From NCBI GenBank assembly GCA_030693425.1, contig JAUYAM010000002.1, forward strand, positions 384,632-448,631: a DNA stretch of 64,000 nucleotides, in the 5' to 3' direction. Below the pieces are notes generated by a model that ran no database searches, was not told where the DNA came from, and saw nothing but the letters and a program-made list of their open reading frames with translations. Shown here one piece after another: positions 62,248-64,000 of this stretch. The position numbers were made by a program, and so were the translations under genes. This stretch comes from a bacterium (lineage in GTDB: Bacteria; Patescibacteriota; Minisyncoccia; Minisyncoccales; GWA2-46-15). Each line of letters opens with the position of its first letter. Positions within the stretch are counted from its first letter, which is position 1.

Positions 62248-63417
62248 ATGAACAGTAAAGGTTTTTACGGCGGCAATCCTTTCCGAGAACATGGCCAAGG
62301 TAAATTTCAAAGCTTTGCTCTGGAAATTGCGGCCGGCTGCAATTTACAATGCGGTAATTGCTACCGCCGACCGCACCCGAAAAGGATGGGATTGATGCCC
62401 AACGAATTCGTCGAAAGAATGATCGGCGAAGCTAAAGAGGCCGGCTTTGCCGAAATCGTTCTCATCGGTGGCGAGCCCACGCTCCATCCGTCTCTGCCAA
62501 AGTTCGTCAATTGGGTTCTCGAGCAAGGGCTAACGCCCATTGTTTGCACCAACGGTTGGCGCCTGGCAGATAAGCATTACTGCGAACAAATAGCCCTGCC
62601 TAATACCACAATTGTTCTGCACGGTTTGGTGCCGCTACCAGAACAAGGAATGGACCGGCATGTAGGCATATCGGGTTACACCGAAAAACTCCGAGCCGCT
62701 TACAAAAACCTGGATACTTTGCGCTCAAAGGGAATCACCATTGTTGCTGAAGCCGTGGTTATCAAACCTTTTCTCCCTTACCTGCTCCGGTTTCACCAGT
62801 GGTGCCGCCAAAACGACTATATCCCTTTCATTGAGCTGAATCGCCGCGGCAACGACGGTCGGCCAAATGACCTTTCCGCCTCGCCGGAAAAAGTCGCCTC
62901 TCTTTTCCAGCAACTCCAGAAATGGGACGAAAAGCACGCACCAGAACTGACCGACAAAATCCTCACGCCGCCGGCCTACGGCACCAAATGCACAATGACC
63001 ATCACGGGATTACACGTCAAAAATTTCGGTAATGACGATTATTCGGGAGTATACTCGTGCTGCGCCCAGACGGTCAGGCATGGCGACCTGCGACAACAAT
63101 CACTAGCCGAAATCTTGGCCAATCAGGGAATGGAGGTTTTCAAGAACCAAGACGAATGGATTGTCGGCCCTTGTCGCAGTTGTCAGTATTATTCGGTCTG
63201 CCGCGGCGGCTGCCGGGGAGAAGCGACTCTGACCTTTGGTTGCCCTCGCGCCTCTTGCCCAAGCTGCTGGCACATTCCCGCTGAGATTCGCCGTGACCCA
63301 TACAGAATGACACCCCGTGAGTATCCGCCGATGTCTGGTCCAGGGTCAGCGATCGCCCAATGTGATAACTGCCCGCTCCAGGGCAATTCCGGCTGCGGCC
63401 TGCTCAAGAAAAGATGA
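62248..63417 (+). CDS. Radical SAM enzyme with SPASM/twitch-type C-terminal Cys clusters
   Basis: Start moved to MNSKG behind AAAGGAG; CNLQCGNCY (CX3CX2C); CRSCQYYSVCRGGCRGE; extra CPSC and CDNC..GC motifs. Confidence 0.85.
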   Translation: MNSKGFYGGNPFREHGQGKFQSFALEIAAGCNLQCGNCYRRPHPKRMGLMPNEFVERMIGEAKEAGFAEIVLIGGEPTLHPSLPKFVNWVLEQGLTPIVCTNGWRLADKHYCEQIALPNTTIVLHGLVPLPEQGMDRHVGISGYTEKLRAAYKNLDTLRSKGITIVAEAVVIKPFLPYLLRFHQWCRQNDYIPFIELNRRGNDGRPNDLSASPEKVASLFQQLQKWDEKHAPELTDKILTPPAYGTKCTMTITGLHVKNFGNDDYSGVYSCCAQTVRHGDLRQQSLAEILANQGMEVFKNQDEWIVGPCRSCQYYSVCRGGCRGEATLTFGCPRASCPSCWHIPAEIRRDPYRMTPREYPPMSGPGSAIAQCDNCPLQGNSGCGLLKKR

Positions 63418-63421
63418 AAAA

Positions 63422-63452
63422 GCAGGAGCAAGAAACCACCGCTTGCTCCTGC
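63422..63452 (+). terminator. Intrinsic terminator after the radical SAM gene
   Basis: GCAGGAGCAAG-loop-CTTGCTCCTGC followed by CTTATTTCC. Confidence 0.6.
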
Positions 63453-63493
63453 CTTATTTCCTGGTCCCGATTAAAAATTAAATTCAGAAAGAC

Positions 63494-64000
63494 ATGAAAA
63501 CAACAATTATGCAATTTAAGAAAGCGCTGAAAATCGGAAGCGAGATCTTGGGCGTGTTTGTGCAAAAAACGGCGCCCGCTAAAACCAAACATTATCGCGA
63601 TACAGCCTGCACGGCTTTAGCCCGAGCCTTTTTGAACAGAAAAACAACTTTCTTTGGTTTAAAGAATCATCCTCAACTCTGCCCGGGAGCAGACTATTTT
63701 TTCGGGATGGCGGGAATAAAAACCGAAGAGATCGCAAAAGTATATGTTAAAAAAGAACGGGTGTTTAAAAACAAAAATATCTGTAAAAAGTTTCTCGCAG
63801 CCATTCCGCAACCGCCATTCTTCCTGAAAAAAGGGGTTATTGTCATCAAACCGCTCCAGACAAGGGATAAGCCGGCAATCGTCGTTCTTTTGATTAATCC
63901 CGGCCAAGCCAGTCGCATTCTCGGTCTTTTGAATTTTGACCAATACAACCCGCTGGAAATCCTACCAAACCAGCCGAGCTGCATCTCTCTGTTTGCGCCG
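63494..64000 (+). CDS. DUF169-family protein, 3' end beyond window
   Basis: My own translation gives an ORF open to the window edge (not in the track): MKTTIMQFKKAL..ACTALARAF..CPGADYFFGM..LINPGQASRILG. Confidence 0.55.
   Translation, partial: MKTTIMQFKKALKIGSEILGVFVQKTAPAKTKHYRDTACTALARAFLNRKTTFFGLKNHPQLCPGADYFFGMAGIKTEEIAKVYVKKERVFKNKNICKKFLAAIPQPPFFLKKGVIVIKPLQTRDKPAIVVLLINPGQASRILGLLNFDQYNPLEILPNQPSCISLFAP

Overview
Low-GC, compact bacterial chromosome segment. By inference it resembles a Candidate Phyla Radiation (Patescibacteria-type) genome, because it has many small housekeeping genes, giant secreted proteins and little Shine-Dalgarno usage. Standard genetic code. Gene orientation is strongly polarised: nearly everything from 4.1 to 46.9 kb is on the minus strand and everything from 47.3 to 64 kb is on the plus strand.

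Content from left to right:
1. The right end of an integrated element (P-loop NTPase, two small ORFs, large serine recombinase). Its recombinase ORF ends inside tRNA-Asn(GTT).
2. rpoD-dnaG, followed by a tight nucleotide/polyphosphate operon (adenosine-kinase-like, 2x Nudix, CYTH, Ppx/GppA).
3. vapBC, assorted small-enzyme and membrane genes, and an AbiEii-like pair.
4. An accessory-looking 18-kb one-strand array (about 21-39 kb) downstream of tRNA-Ser(GGA). It carries two S8 peptidases (one a 1248-aa subtilase/FG-GAP giant), a Hint-domain membrane protein, a RAYT/REP module, duplicated genes and several families of reused intergenic junction sequences.
5. htpX-lemA-groESL-uvrA.
6. After the strand switch: capA, two giant cell-surface proteins sharing an N-terminal coiled-coil plus peptidoglycan-binding module, uvrC, secG, a peptide-binding SBP, cupin-type PGI, tRNA-Leu(CAG) and RNase J.
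7. A TrpR-like regulator with a CTAG operator, then a Trp-codon leader/attenuator-like region in front of a radical SAM/SPASM gene and a DUF169 gene.

No rRNA, no CRISPR array and no cas genes are visible.

The most unusual signals are non-coding:
- A tRNA-trailer-like motif repeated seven times that splits the 21-39 kb array into cassette-like modules.
- A reused terminator plus leaderless-promoter junction.
- GC-rich hairpin-dense islands next to a RAYT module that is flanked by a perfect 132-bp duplication.
- A long-range structured uvrA leader.
- A pseudoknot-capable inverted-repeat cluster upstream of the serine recombinase.
- The Trp-attenuator-like leader.

All homology statements come from motif recognition by eye. 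No database search was run.
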